Of a DNA stretch of 64,000 nucleotides, positions 54,469-64,000 are shown one piece after another. The DNA comes from an uncultured Prevotellaceae bacterium (lineage in GTDB: Bacteria > Bacteroidota > Bacteroidia > Bacteroidales > Muribaculaceae): contig ONKF01000034.1 in the NCBI GenBank assembly GCA_900318335.1, forward strand, positions 713 through 64,712. The letters run 5' to 3'. How positions within the stretch are numbered: the first letter of the stretch is position 1; the number at the start of each line of letters is the position of its first letter. Both the position numbers and the translations under genes were made by a program. Under the pieces are notes generated by a model. It had not been told where the DNA came from, did no database searches, and saw nothing but the letters and a program-made list of their open reading frames with translations.

Positions 54469-56037
54469 TTAATCGTTATCCGCCGAGCTCTTATTGGTCT
54501 TGCGGCCATTGTATTGAGAGGCGCGGATGCTGTCGTTACGCTGTGATTGGGACAGCTTGGACGATGAGGAATTCAACAGGCTTGCTGACTTGTTGGATTT
54601 GTTGGACTTGTTCTTTTGGCTGTTGGCTTTCTCCTGACGGGCCTTCTGGGCATTGGCTTTGCGCTTGGCTTTTTCCTCAGCCTCCTTCTTGGCGGCTGCT
54701 TCGCGTGCCTGCTGGCGAGCCTTTTCCTTCTTCAGGCGCTCCTCTTTCTCTTTGGCTTTTTGTTCGGCCTCCCTCTTGGCGGCGGCTTCACGTGCCTCCT
54801 GACGAGCCTTCTCCTTCTTCAGGTGCTCTTGTTTCTCCTTAGCCTTCTTAGCCTCTTCCTCTTTCTTTTTGGCCTCGTCCTCGGCTATCTTCTTGTTGCG
54901 CTCTCGGGTTTTCTTGTCTTTTTCGGCCTGTTTCTGGGCTTCTTCCTGCTGGCGCTTTGACATTTTGGGTGTCTCTTTGGTCTTCTGCTCAGTCAGGTTG
55001 ACGCTCGAGGGCTTGTCCTTGCGGTCCACAGCATCATGCACGCTGCTCTTGGGCTTGTGCTTGCCGGGTTTGTAGATGATGTCGTTGACAGTGCACCCCT
55101 TGTTGAAACGGCTCAAGTCCACCAGGCCGTTATTACCCTTGACGCCGGTCTTGAACAAGCCGTAGTCCGAGAATTGCCAGATGATCCATTTGTAACCGAT
55201 ATTGGGCTGGGCATTACTGTACTTGGCGATGAAGAGGGGATAGTCGGCAAATGCCCTTCCCAAGTGCTTGGTGAAGAATTTCTCGCTGGTGTAGATGAGC
55301 GGTTTGCAGCCATAGTAGTCCTCCACCAGGTCGGCAAATACCTTGAGGCTGTCCCTCAGCTGCTGGGAGGACCAGCGGCCGATTACCTCCACATCAATAA
55401 CGGGAAGCAGGTCCTGCTCCTCGCGGTTAGCCGTGCGGATGAAGTTGTGGAACTGGGTCGTGGCACTGCTCTTGGTGGTGAGGTAGTGGTAACTGCCCAC
55501 CTTGAAGCCGTGCTTACGGGCGTTGCGGATGTTCTCCTTGTACCTTGGGTCAACATAGTCGGTGCCCTCGGTAGCCTTGATATAAACGAACTTGATTTTA
55601 GTGTTGTTCTTGAGTTGGGCCCAATCGATGTATCCCTGGTGCTTGGACACGTCGATGCCGTCAAACAGCGCATTGTCGGCGTTGAATGTCTGGCGCACTT
55701 TGGGTTTGGGCTTATCGGCCTTGGCCACCGAATCTGAGTCCCGCTTGGGGGCGGCGGGCTTCACATCCTTAGCCACGGCAGGCTTGGCAACATTATTCTC
55801 CTTGGGGGGAACGGGAGTTTGGGCAGCAGGCTTGGCAGTCTTCTTATCATCCTTTTTCTCATCCTTTTTATTGTTAGCCTTCTTGTCCTTATTGTTGTCC
55901 TTGTTCTTATCTTTTTGGCTCACACGTTCACGCGTGGGCTTGGTGATGTCGGTGTGCTGGGGCGCTCCTCCTGCTATGATGGGATGCAGGGAGAGTAATA
56001 ATGTCACCAGAATCGTATATAATGAAGTCTTAAACAT
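54469..56037 (-). CDS. GH25 muramidase with Lys-rich N-terminal and Lys/Glu-rich repeat C-terminal regions
   Basis: DGIDVSKHQGYIDWAQL, FVYIKATEG and GSYHY. The C-terminal half is a charged coiled-coil-like repeat. Confidence 0.8.
   Translation of the reverse strand: MFKTSLYTILVTLLLSLHPIIAGGAPQHTDITKPTRERVSQKDKNKDNNKDKKANNKKDEKKDDKKTAKPAAQTPVPPKENNVAKPAVAKDVKPAAPKRDSDSVAKADKPKPKVRQTFNADNALFDGIDVSKHQGYIDWAQLKNNTKIKFVYIKATEGTDYVDPRYKENIRNARKHGFKVGSYHYLTTKSSATTQFHNFIRTANREEQDLLPVIDVEVIGRWSSQQLRDSLKVFADLVEDYYGCKPLIYTSEKFFTKHLGRAFADYPLFIAKYSNAQPNIGYKWIIWQFSDYGLFKTGVKGNNGLVDLSRFNKGCTVNDIIYKPGKHKPKSSVHDAVDRKDKPSSVNLTEQKTKETPKMSKRQQEEAQKQAEKDKKTRERNKKIAEDEAKKKEEEAKKAKEKQEHLKKEKARQEAREAAAKREAEQKAKEKEERLKKEKARQQAREAAAKKEAEEKAKRKANAQKARQEKANSQKNKSNKSNKSASLLNSSSSKLSQSQRNDSIRASQYNGRKTNKSSADND
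54667..54840. repeat. Tandem 87-bp duplication inside the GH25 gene
   Basis: Units begin at 54667 and 54754. They encode EKQEHLKKEKARQEAREAAAKREAEQKAK and EKEERLKKEKARQQAREAAAKKEAEEKAK. Confidence 0.8.
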
Positions 56038-56258
56038 ACCAAATTAAAAAACCATTGCTAATACTGTTCTCAAAGTGTTCTCAGAGTAAAGTGGCTGCAA
56101 AGTTAAAAAAAAAACCGCTAACGGCTTTATTAAAAATTGTCAAATGTGTTTTTTTACAAAAAAATGCGAAAAGTCCTTGTTGTCGGGCTGAGATTTGGTA
56201 ATAATTCACTACCTTTGTAAGTTATACAATTACAAAACGTAAAGCATTAGAACGATAT

Positions 56259-58661
56259 ATGGCAAAAAGAAGCGGATTACAATCGTTGAGACAGGATCGT
56301 CGTGAGTACCACGACAGGGTCATTAACTTCTTTAACGAGCAGAGTCAAGGAACTTTTAATTACAAGCAAGTATCGGCTGCTGTGGGGGCCAACACGCCCA
56401 AGCGCCGCACCGTTATTGTCGAGATTCTGGAGCAGTTGGCCGTTGACGGCTTCCTGGTTCAGGTGGGTCCCGGTAGTTACAAGGCGGCTAACCGCTCGAT
56501 GGTGGCCGAGGGCCTCTTCATCCGTCGCAGCAACGGCAAGAACAGTGTAGATACCGCCAATGATGACGGTGACCCCATCATGGTGGCCGAGCGCAACTCG
56601 ATGCACGCATTGAACGGCGACCGTGTGCTGGTGCACATCAGCGCCGCTCGCCCTGGCATGGAGCCCGAGGCCGAGGTTGTGAAAATCCTCGAGCGCAAGG
56701 AGCAGGTGTTTGTCGGCACGCTACAGGTGCTCAAGTATTTCGCCCAGCTGGCCACCGACAGCAAGTTCCTGGCCACCGATATCTTTATCCCGCTGGATAA
56801 ATTGGCAGGAGGCAAGACGGGCGACAAGGTTGTTGTCAAAATCGTCGACTGGCCTGAGGATGCCAACTCGCCCATCGGTGAGGTGGTTGACGTGCTGGGT
56901 GTCGCTGGCGAGAACAATGCCGAGATTCATGCCATCCTGGCTGAGTTCGGCTTGCCTTACAAGTATCCCGAGAATGTGACCGAGGCTGCCGAGGCCCTGG
57001 ATGCCGGCATTACTCCAGCAGAGATTGCCAAGCGCCGCGACATGCGCGATGTGACCACATTCACCATCGACCCGGCTGATGCCAAGGACTTTGACGATGC
57101 GCTCTCAATCGAGAAGCTCAAGAACGGCAACTGGGAAATCGGTGTGCACATTGCCGACGTGAGCCACTATGTCACGCCAGGCTCCGTCATCGACAAGGAA
57201 GCCTATGAGCGTGCCACCTCGGTTTATCTCGTGGACCGCACTATCCCCATGCTGCCCGAGAAACTGTGTAACAACATCTGCTCACTGCGACCCGATGAGG
57301 ATAAGCTCACCCACTCGGTTGTCATGGAGATGGATGCCGAGGCCAAGGTGAAGAAATACAAGATCTGCCACACGGTAACCCGTAGCAACAGGCGCTTCTC
57401 CTATGAGGAGGCACAAAATATCCTGGAGACAGGCAAGGGTGACCTGGCCGAGGAACTCGCCGTGCTCAACGATATGGCTAAGAAACTGCGTAAGCGCCGC
57501 TTTGAGGAAGGTGGCTCGGTGTCGTTCAACCGCGAGGAAATCAAATTTGATATCGACGAGAACGGCAAGCCCACCGCTGTCCACGTGCACGAGTCACAGG
57601 ACGCCAACAAACTCATCGAGGAGTTCATGCTTCTGGCCAACTGCAAGGTGGCTGAGCACATTGGCAAGGTGCCTAAGAACAAGACCGCCAAGGCCTTTGT
57701 TTATCGCGTTCATGACCAGCCCGATCTGGACAAGTTGAATAATTTTGCCGATATTGCCGCCCACTTTGGCTACAAGGTGCGCACCAAGGGCTCTGGACGT
57801 GACATCAACAAGTCCATTAACAAGATGCTGGAGCAGGCCAAGGGCAAGCCCGAGGAGGAAATGCTGGCCATCCTCGCGATTCGCTCGATGGCAAAGGCCA
57901 TTTACAGCGCGACCAACATCGGCCACTATGGTTTGGCGTTTGACTACTATACCCATTTCACCTCGCCCATCCGCCGCTATCCCGACTTGACGGTTCACCG
58001 CCTGTTGGATAAGTACGCTGCGGGCGAGAAGAGCGTTGATCCCGTCAAGCTCGAGGACCAGTGCAAGCACATGAGCGCTCAGGAGCAGCTCGCTGCCAAT
58101 GCCGAGCGTGCCTCGATCAAGTATAAGGAAGTGGAATTCATGGGCCAGCGCCTGGGAGGCGTGTTCACGGGCCATGTCTCGGGTGTGACCGAGTGGGGCC
58201 TGTATGTTGAGCTCGACGAGACCCATTGCGAGGGCTTGGTGGGCATCCGTGGCTTGGATGATGACTTTTATGAATTTGATGAGAAGAACTACTGCATCCG
58301 TGGCCGCCGTCGTGGCAAGGTCTATAGCCTGGGTGATCCCATCACCATCCAGGTGGCGCGTGCCGACCTGATTAAAAAGCAGCTCGACTTTGTCCTCGTG
58401 GATAAGGAAAATCCTGCCAATACCCACCGCATTGACCGCGAACCCATCACCGAGCAGAACTTCCGCAGCACCAGCGGTCACATGTCACGTGACGAGCGCA
58501 GGCGCACCATGTATGAGGGAGGTAGCGCCTCACGTCGCCAGCAGCGCGGCGCTCGTGGCAACAGCACCCGCCGCCAGGCCAAGGAAGCCCGTGGCGTTAA
58601 ATCCAGCAAACCAGGCAGGCCCAGTCGCTCTGGCCGCTCTGGCAAGCCTCGTCGTCGATAA
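56259..58661 (+). CDS. rnr: Ribonuclease R
   Basis: RNB motifs (DPADAKDFDDALS, HIADVSHYV), an S1 domain (GHVSGVTEWGLYVEL) and a basic C-terminal tail. Confidence 0.9.
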   Translation: MAKRSGLQSLRQDRREYHDRVINFFNEQSQGTFNYKQVSAAVGANTPKRRTVIVEILEQLAVDGFLVQVGPGSYKAANRSMVAEGLFIRRSNGKNSVDTANDDGDPIMVAERNSMHALNGDRVLVHISAARPGMEPEAEVVKILERKEQVFVGTLQVLKYFAQLATDSKFLATDIFIPLDKLAGGKTGDKVVVKIVDWPEDANSPIGEVVDVLGVAGENNAEIHAILAEFGLPYKYPENVTEAAEALDAGITPAEIAKRRDMRDVTTFTIDPADAKDFDDALSIEKLKNGNWEIGVHIADVSHYVTPGSVIDKEAYERATSVYLVDRTIPMLPEKLCNNICSLRPDEDKLTHSVVMEMDAEAKVKKYKICHTVTRSNRRFSYEEAQNILETGKGDLAEELAVLNDMAKKLRKRRFEEGGSVSFNREEIKFDIDENGKPTAVHVHESQDANKLIEEFMLLANCKVAEHIGKVPKNKTAKAFVYRVHDQPDLDKLNNFADIAAHFGYKVRTKGSGRDINKSINKMLEQAKGKPEEEMLAILAIRSMAKAIYSATNIGHYGLAFDYYTHFTSPIRRYPDLTVHRLLDKYAAGEKSVDPVKLEDQCKHMSAQEQLAANAERASIKYKEVEFMGQRLGGVFTGHVSGVTEWGLYVELDETHCEGLVGIRGLDDDFYEFDEKNYCIRGRRRGKVYSLGDPITIQVARADLIKKQLDFVLVDKENPANTHRIDREPITEQNFRSTSGHMSRDERRRTMYEGGSASRRQQRGARGNSTRRQAKEARGVKSSKPGRPSRSGRSGKPRRR

Positions 58662-58663
58662 GA

Positions 58664-59980
58664 ATGAGTGAAAATATCCATAGGAAGGTGAAACTCGAGA
58701 CGTTGGGCTGCAAGCTCAACTTCTCGGAGACTGCCACCATGCAGTCACTGCTGGCCGAGCACGGCATCTTGCCCGCTGCGCCTGGCGAGGTGCCCGACGT
58801 GTGCGTGGTCAACACGTGCAGCGTGACCGCTCTGGCCGACAGCAAGTGCCGTCAGCACATCCGTCACCTCATCCGCCAGTATCCCGACGCCTTGATGGTG
58901 GTCACGGGATGTTATGCCCAGCTCAAGGGTAAGGAAATCGCCGAGATCGATGGCGTGGACATCGTGTTGGGCAGTGAGCACAAGGCTGAGATTGCCCGAT
59001 ACGTCATGCAGTGGTTTGAGGACCGCAAGCAGCAACTGGCAGTAACACCTTCGCTTGACATCCGCTCATTCTCGCCGTCGTGTGACCGAGGAGACCGCAC
59101 CCGATACTGGCTTAAGGTGCAGGACGGCTGCGACTACTGGTGCAGCTACTGCACCATTCCGGCCGCCCGTGGCCGTAGCCGCAGCGGCACCATCGCCCAG
59201 CTCGTTGCCCAGGCGCGCGAGGTGGCTGCCGAGGGGGGCAAGGAAATCGTCATTACGGGTGTAAATATCGGTGACTTCGGCAAGAACACGGGCGAACATT
59301 TCCTGGATTTGCTCAAATCGCTCGATGAAATCGATGGAATCGAGCGTTACCGCATCTCATCGATTGAGCCCGACCTGCTGACCGATGAAATGATTGACTG
59401 GTGCGCGGGTTCGCGTGCCTTCATGCCCCATTTCCATATTCCGTTGCAGAGTGGCAGTGATCCCGTCCTGAAGCTGATGCGGCGCCACTATGAGCGCCAG
59501 CTGTTTGCCGACAAGGTGCAACGTTGCCGCGAACTCATGCCCGACTGCTTCATCGGCGTGGATGTGATGGTGGGCACGCGAGGCGAGACGCCCGAATTGT
59601 TTGAGGACAGTTATAATTTCATCAAGTCGCTCGACGTGCAGCACCTGCACGTTTTCCCCTATAGCGAGCGTCCCGGCACCATGGCATTGCGCATCCCCTA
59701 TATCGTGACCCAGCAGGACAAGCAGGAACGTGCGGCACGCATGATCGCCATGAGTGACGAGAAGCAGGCCGCTTTCACCCGTCGCTACTTGGGCACAGTG
59801 CGTCCCGTGCTGCTCGAACATGGCCGTGGCAAGGGCAAGATGCACGGTTTCACCGACAATTACATCCGCGTGAACGTGGAGCCCGACATGAGCCTTTCCA
59901 ACCAGATCGTGAACGTGAGATTAAAACACCTCAACGATGACTTGAGTGTCGATGCCGAGGTGATTAACGATAAGAAATGA
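58664..59980 (+). CDS. mtaB: tRNA ms2t6A methylthiotransferase (MiaB-like radical SAM)
   Basis: LETLGCKLNFSE N-terminal domain and the radical-SAM motif CDYWCSYCTIP. Confidence 0.8.
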   Translation: MSENIHRKVKLETLGCKLNFSETATMQSLLAEHGILPAAPGEVPDVCVVNTCSVTALADSKCRQHIRHLIRQYPDALMVVTGCYAQLKGKEIAEIDGVDIVLGSEHKAEIARYVMQWFEDRKQQLAVTPSLDIRSFSPSCDRGDRTRYWLKVQDGCDYWCSYCTIPAARGRSRSGTIAQLVAQAREVAAEGGKEIVITGVNIGDFGKNTGEHFLDLLKSLDEIDGIERYRISSIEPDLLTDEMIDWCAGSRAFMPHFHIPLQSGSDPVLKLMRRHYERQLFADKVQRCRELMPDCFIGVDVMVGTRGETPELFEDSYNFIKSLDVQHLHVFPYSERPGTMALRIPYIVTQQDKQERAARMIAMSDEKQAAFTRRYLGTVRPVLLEHGRGKGKMHGFTDNYIRVNVEPDMSLSNQIVNVRLKHLNDDLSVDAEVINDKK

Positions 59981-61005
59981 ATATGAAAAAAGTTGCTGTC
60001 ATCATATTGAACTGGAACGGTGCTCAATTGCTGCGCCGTTACATGCCCACAGTGATTGCGGGCACCGATGACACTATTGCCGACATCATTGTTGCCGACA
60101 ACGGCAGCACCGACGACAGTGTGCAGGTACTCCGTGAGGAGTTCCCTGGGGTAAAGGTGCTGGAGTTTGACAAGAACTACGGCTTTGCCGAGGGATATAA
60201 CCTGGCCATCGGGCAGACGATGTACCCCTACACGGTGTTGCTCAATAGTGACGTGCGCACGCCTCAGGGCTGGCTCAACCCATTGTTGGACTACATGGAG
60301 GCCCATCCTGACGTGGGAGCGGTGATGCCCAAGTTGTTGCATGACTGTGATGATGGCAAGCAGATGTTTGATTATGCTGGTGCCGCTGGCGGTTACATAG
60401 ACTGCCATGGCTACCCTTATTGCCGTGGACGCGTGTTTGACTATGTCGAGGACGACCATGGCCAGTATGATGATGGCCCTAAGAGCGTGTTCTGGGCCAC
60501 GGGCGCGTGCCTGATGGTGCGCAGCCAGCTCTATCAGGACGTGGGAGGCTTGGATAAGGACTTTTTTGCCCACATGGAGGAAATTGACATGTGTTGGCGC
60601 ATTCGTCTGGCTGGCAGCGAGTTGATGATGGTCCCGACGAGTCACGTCTTTCACCTGGGCGGCGGTAGCTTGGCCTATGGTAACCCCCAGAAGACCTTTT
60701 TGAATTTCCGCAACAACCTGTTGCTGCTGCATAAGAACCTGCCCGTGGATGAGGGCAAGCGCTTGTTGTTTATAAGACGCCTGATGGACACCCTGGCATT
60801 TGGCATGGCACTGACCAAGGGCCACTTTGGCGATGCGTGGGCCATCATCCGTGCCCATTATGATTTCCGCCGCAAGCGGTCTAATTACAAGTCCCAACCA
60901 ACGGTCAACCTGCTTAGTCAGTTGCCCGAGGAGCGGGTCAACATCATCACGGCCCACTACCTGCGCGGTGTGAAACGCTTCACCGACCTGGGAATTAACA
61001 GCTAA
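59977..61005 (+). CDS. Family 2 glycosyltransferase
   Basis: VAVIILNWNG, VADNGSTDDS and GACLMVR. Confidence 0.8.
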   Translation: MNMKKVAVIILNWNGAQLLRRYMPTVIAGTDDTIADIIVADNGSTDDSVQVLREEFPGVKVLEFDKNYGFAEGYNLAIGQTMYPYTVLLNSDVRTPQGWLNPLLDYMEAHPDVGAVMPKLLHDCDDGKQMFDYAGAAGGYIDCHGYPYCRGRVFDYVEDDHGQYDDGPKSVFWATGACLMVRSQLYQDVGGLDKDFFAHMEEIDMCWRIRLAGSELMMVPTSHVFHLGGGSLAYGNPQKTFLNFRNNLLLLHKNLPVDEGKRLLFIRRLMDTLAFGMALTKGHFGDAWAIIRAHYDFRRKRSNYKSQPTVNLLSQLPEERVNIITAHYLRGVKRFTDLGINS

Positions 61006-61050
61006 GGACTAACAACTAAGGACTAAAAACAAAGGACTAACAACTATAAC

Positions 61051-62163
61051 ATGAGAAAGCTTGGATTTGGACTCATGCGTCTGCCGCTCACCAACCCCGA
61101 CGACCAGACGAGTATCGACCTTGAGAAATTCAAGGCGATGGTGGATGTGTACATGGAGCGCGGTTTCACTTACTTTGACACCGCCTATCCCTACCATGGA
61201 GGCAAGAGTGAGGAAGCCCTGCGTGAAGCGGTTGTCAAGCGCTATCCGCGCGAGTCATTCACTGTTACCAGCAAGATGCCTGTGTGGGCCATAAAGGAAG
61301 AAGGCGACCTGGAACGCATTTTCAATGAGCAATTGGAGCGTTGTGGGGTGGACTACTTTGACTACTACTGGCTGCATGCACTGAATCGTGAACGCGTCGA
61401 GGTGATGGAGCGTATGGACGGCTGGGGCTTTATTGCCCGCAAGAAGGCCGAGGGCAAGATTCGCCACATCGGTTTCTCGTTCCATGACGATTCTGAGCTG
61501 CTGGCCCAAATCTTAGAGAAGCACCCCGAGGTCGAGTATGTGCAGTTGCAGATCAACTACCTCGATTGGGACAGTCCTGCCATCGAGAGCAAGACGTGTT
61601 ACGAGCTGTGTGTCAAGCACGGCAAACCGGTCATTGTCATGGAGCCTGTCAAGGGGGGTACCTTGGCACATGTCCCCGAGGCCATTGACCGTCTGTTCAA
61701 GGATTACAATCCCGATGCCAGTCCTGCCTCATGGGCCATCCGCTACTGTGCTTCGTTGCCCAATGTGCTCACCGTGTTGAGCGGCATGAGCAACATGGAA
61801 CAACTCGAGGATAACACGGCCTATATGCAGGACTTCCAGCCCCTTAACGATGAGGAACAGGCCATCATCACCCGTGTGACCCAGTTTATTAGCGACTCAA
61901 TCGCCATTCCATGTACCGCCTGCCGGTATTGCACCGAGGGCTGTCCCCAGCAGATTGCCATTCCCGGGTACTTCAACCTTTATAACACGGTGCAACAGTT
62001 CCCCGACCTGCTGAGCAACAGCAAACTCTATTACGGCCTCATCGCCAAGAGCCATGGCCGTGCCAGTGAGTGCCTCGAGTGTGGACAATGTGAAGCCCAG
62101 TGCCCCCAGCACATCGACATTATCGACAACCTCAAGCTCGTTGCCCAGACCTTCGAAGAATAA
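61051..62163 (+). CDS. Aldo/keto reductase with a C-terminal 4Fe-4S domain (cytoplasmic paralogue)
   Basis: GFGLMRLP, FDTAYPYHGGKSE, CTACRYCTEGCP and CLECGQCEAQCP. No signal peptide. Confidence 0.8.
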   Translation: MRKLGFGLMRLPLTNPDDQTSIDLEKFKAMVDVYMERGFTYFDTAYPYHGGKSEEALREAVVKRYPRESFTVTSKMPVWAIKEEGDLERIFNEQLERCGVDYFDYYWLHALNRERVEVMERMDGWGFIARKKAEGKIRHIGFSFHDDSELLAQILEKHPEVEYVQLQINYLDWDSPAIESKTCYELCVKHGKPVIVMEPVKGGTLAHVPEAIDRLFKDYNPDASPASWAIRYCASLPNVLTVLSGMSNMEQLEDNTAYMQDFQPLNDEEQAIITRVTQFISDSIAIPCTACRYCTEGCPQQIAIPGYFNLYNTVQQFPDLLSNSKLYYGLIAKSHGRASECLECGQCEAQCPQHIDIIDNLKLVAQTFEE

Positions 62164-62423
62164 AAGCACCCCGCACTCTGGCATTATTACTGCCGTCGTC
62201 AAGAATTATGCAAATTGAATTATTTGATTTGGATAATTTTTGCGGTGCTTTTTGTGCCAAAGTGGAGGTTCACTGAAAAAAACGGGGCAAAAGTCTTGAC
62301 AACGGCTCTCGAATGTTGTAATTTTGCGCCAAATTGCAGAGTTATGCGCTGTTGCATACTCACCCCGCAACCAATGAATAATAACTACTTAAAATAAGGA
62401 TTAATAACTCAAGGATTAAAATA

Positions 62424-62711
62424 ATGGCAACTCAAGAAAAAAACAAACAAGTCGAGAACAAGGAGAAGCGCAAAGTATCCTACCCACTGACCAAGATTAA
62501 CTTTATTTTGATGGGCATCTGCCTGTTGCTGATTGTCATCGGTTTCTGGCTGATGACGGGCAGCGCCAACGTGGGTGACAAGTTCAATAATGACCTGTTT
62601 GAGAGCAGCCGTGTCACCACGGGCCCGATTATTGCCTTCTTGGGCTTCGTGCTCATGGCATTTGCCATCATCTACCGCAAGAAAGACAATAACGACGAGG
62701 ATAACGCATAA
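62424..62711 (+). CDS. DUF3098-like small membrane protein
   Basis: Two TM segments. It lies immediately upstream of uppP, as in other Bacteroidales (from memory). Confidence 0.5.
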   Translation: MATQEKNKQVENKEKRKVSYPLTKINFILMGICLLLIVIGFWLMTGSANVGDKFNNDLFESSRVTTGPIIAFLGFVLMAFAIIYRKKDNNDEDNA

Positions 62712-62716
62712 ACAGC

Positions 62717-63532
62717 ATGGATTGGTTTGAAGCGTTGATTCTGGGTATTGTCCAGGGTCTGACTGAGTATCTCCCCGTGAGCAGCAGTGGCCATTTGGCC
62801 ATTGGCAGCTACTTGTTTGGTATTGATGGTGCCGACAACCTGACTTTCACTATCCTGGTGCATGTGGCGACGGTGCTTAGCACCTTTGTCGTGTTGTGGA
62901 GCGAGATTGACTGGATCTTGAAGGGTCTGTTCAAGTTCAAGCTCAATGACGAGACCAAGTACTTCATCAACATCCTGGTGTCGATGATTCCCGTCGGTAT
63001 CGTGGGCGTGTTCTTCAAGGACAAGGTGGAGGAAATCTTTGGCAGCGGCTTGCTCATCGTGGGCTGTATGCTGCTGTTGACAGCCGCTCTGCTCATCTTC
63101 TCCTATTATGCCAAACCCAGACCCAAGGAGAAGATTTCGTGGCGTGATGCCTTTATCATCGGTATCGCCCAGGCATGTGCCGTGATGCCGGGTCTGTCCC
63201 GATCAGGCAGCACAATCGCAACGGGTCTGCTGCTGGGCAACAAGAAGGAGTCGCTGGCACAGTTCTCGTTCCTGATGGTGATACCTCCCATCTTGGGTGA
63301 GGCTCTGCTTGATGTGCTCAAGGCCGTGAAAGGCGAAGAGGCGTTTGGTGGCATCGACACGTTGCCGCTGCTGGTGGGCTTTATCGCCGCCTTTGTCGCT
63401 GGTTGCCTGGCCTGCAAGTGGATGATCAACATTGTCAAGAAGGGCAAGCTGGTGTGGTTCGGCGTGTATTGCATCATCGCTGGCTTGTTTGCTATCGCCC
63501 TGTCCCAGTTGATGCCCGCTCCCGCTATGTAA
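62717..63532 (+). CDS. uppP: Undecaprenyl-diphosphate phosphatase
   Basis: [14 protein letters not shown] and [10 protein letters not shown]. Confidence 0.9.
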   Translation: MDWFEALILGIVQGLTEYLPVSSSGHLAIGSYLFGIDGADNLTFTILVHVATVLSTFVVLWSEIDWILKGLFKFKLNDETKYFINILVSMIPVGIVGVFFKDKVEEIFGSGLLIVGCMLLLTAALLIFSYYAKPRPKEKISWRDAFIIGIAQACAVMPGLSRSGSTIATGLLLGNKKESLAQFSFLMVIPPILGEALLDVLKAVKGEEAFGGIDTLPLLVGFIAAFVAGCLACKWMINIVKKGKLVWFGVYCIIAGLFAIALSQLMPAPAM

Positions 63533-63654
63533 ACAATAAACTACGGATTAAACGGATTTCACAATTTCAAGTGAGATTCATTAGTGTAATTCGTAATAAT
63601 TGAATGCTGATGCCATTTTAGTATAATTAGCGCAATTCGTAGTTAAGATTAACA

Positions 63655-64000
63655 ATGCTCAACCCGATAGAAGGCGAAATATTCTGCATCGACAAGCCGC
63701 TGAGGATGACCTCGTTTGCCGCGGTGAAGAAGGTGCGTGCCGTCTTGCGTACCCACTTGGGGACCCGACAGGTCAAGGTGGGTCATGCAGGTACTCTCGA
63801 CCCGCTGGCGACTGGCGTGCTGCTGCTGTGCACAGGCCATGCCACCAAGCGTATCGACGAGTTGCAGGCTGGCATCAAGGAGTATGTTGCCGACCTGAGG
63901 CTGGGTGCCACAACACCGAGCTATGACTTGGAGACCGAGGTGGATGCCACATATGAGTGGCGGCACATCGACCGCGCTCTCATCGACCGCGTCTTGAAGG
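63655..64000 (+). CDS. truB: tRNA pseudouridine(55) synthase, 5' part (runs off the window)
   Basis: Manual translation gives MLNPIEGEIFCIDKPLRMTSFAAVKKVR...VGHAGTLDPLATGVLLLCTG. The ORF track shows only the antisense shadow ORF here. Confidence 0.85.
   Translation, partial: MLNPIEGEIFCIDKPLRMTSFAAVKKVRAVLRTHLGTRQVKVGHAGTLDPLATGVLLLCTGHATKRIDELQAGIKEYVADLRLGATTPSYDLETEVDATYEWRHIDRALIDRVLK

Overview
The window looks like a Bacteroidota chromosome, probably Prevotellaceae-like. This taxonomic call is an inference from TAnnTTTG -7 promoter boxes upstream of many genes, missing Shine-Dalgarno sites, a fused secDF, the parA-parB-DUF5683-mltD order and the DUF3098-uppP-truB order. By eye there are three compositional compartments. 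(1) Positions 1-15.4 kb are a visibly AT-rich defence island. One co-directional minus-strand gene string runs hsdM, split hsdS, hsdR, an HD/SpoT-like small alarmone hydrolase, AbiH, a PAD/agmatine-deiminase-fold protein and a small protein with a caspase/CHAT-like His-Cys pattern. The plus strand carries a metallophosphoesterase embedded in unusual 11-12 bp GAAAA-ending tandem word repeats, followed by an AbiL/Rlo-like AAA-ATPase + RloB(TOPRIM)-like pair. The island ends at a 5'-truncated tRNA-Leu(CAA) fragment. (2) The rest is GC-rich core: tcdA, an LysM lytic transglycosylase, a DUF5683 protein, parB and parA. A secreted-protease cluster follows, with four M6 metalloprotease paralogues and one C10 cysteine protease, each ending in a dockerin-type repeat pair. 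Further core genes are two long metallophosphoesterases, a LuxR solo, mscL, gap, rubredoxin/rubrerythrin remnants, secDF, a Tat-lipoprotein aldo-keto-reductase/Fe-S protein with a membrane polyferredoxin, aroA, cvpA, two GH25 muramidases, rnr, mtaB, a GT2, a second AKR/Fe-S, a DUF3098 protein, uppP and truB (partial). (3) A 6.4-kb integrative element (37621-44008) sits in the 3' end of tRNA-Arg(CCT), bounded by a perfect 15-bp direct repeat. It carries a tyrosine integrase, an excisionase-type HTH, a P-loop (DUF3987-like) replication protein and a symmetric GGTTATA iteron array. The points most worth follow-up are: a poly-G tract that splits or fuses hsdS; the deiminase-fold + caspase-like pair and the alarmone hydrolase riding on the R-M operon; the GAAAA word arrays; the dockerin-tagged protease set; the satellite-like element; and frame-breaking lesions in secDF and a reverse rubrerythrin. 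All functional calls rest on motif reading of the supplied translations, because no database search could be run.
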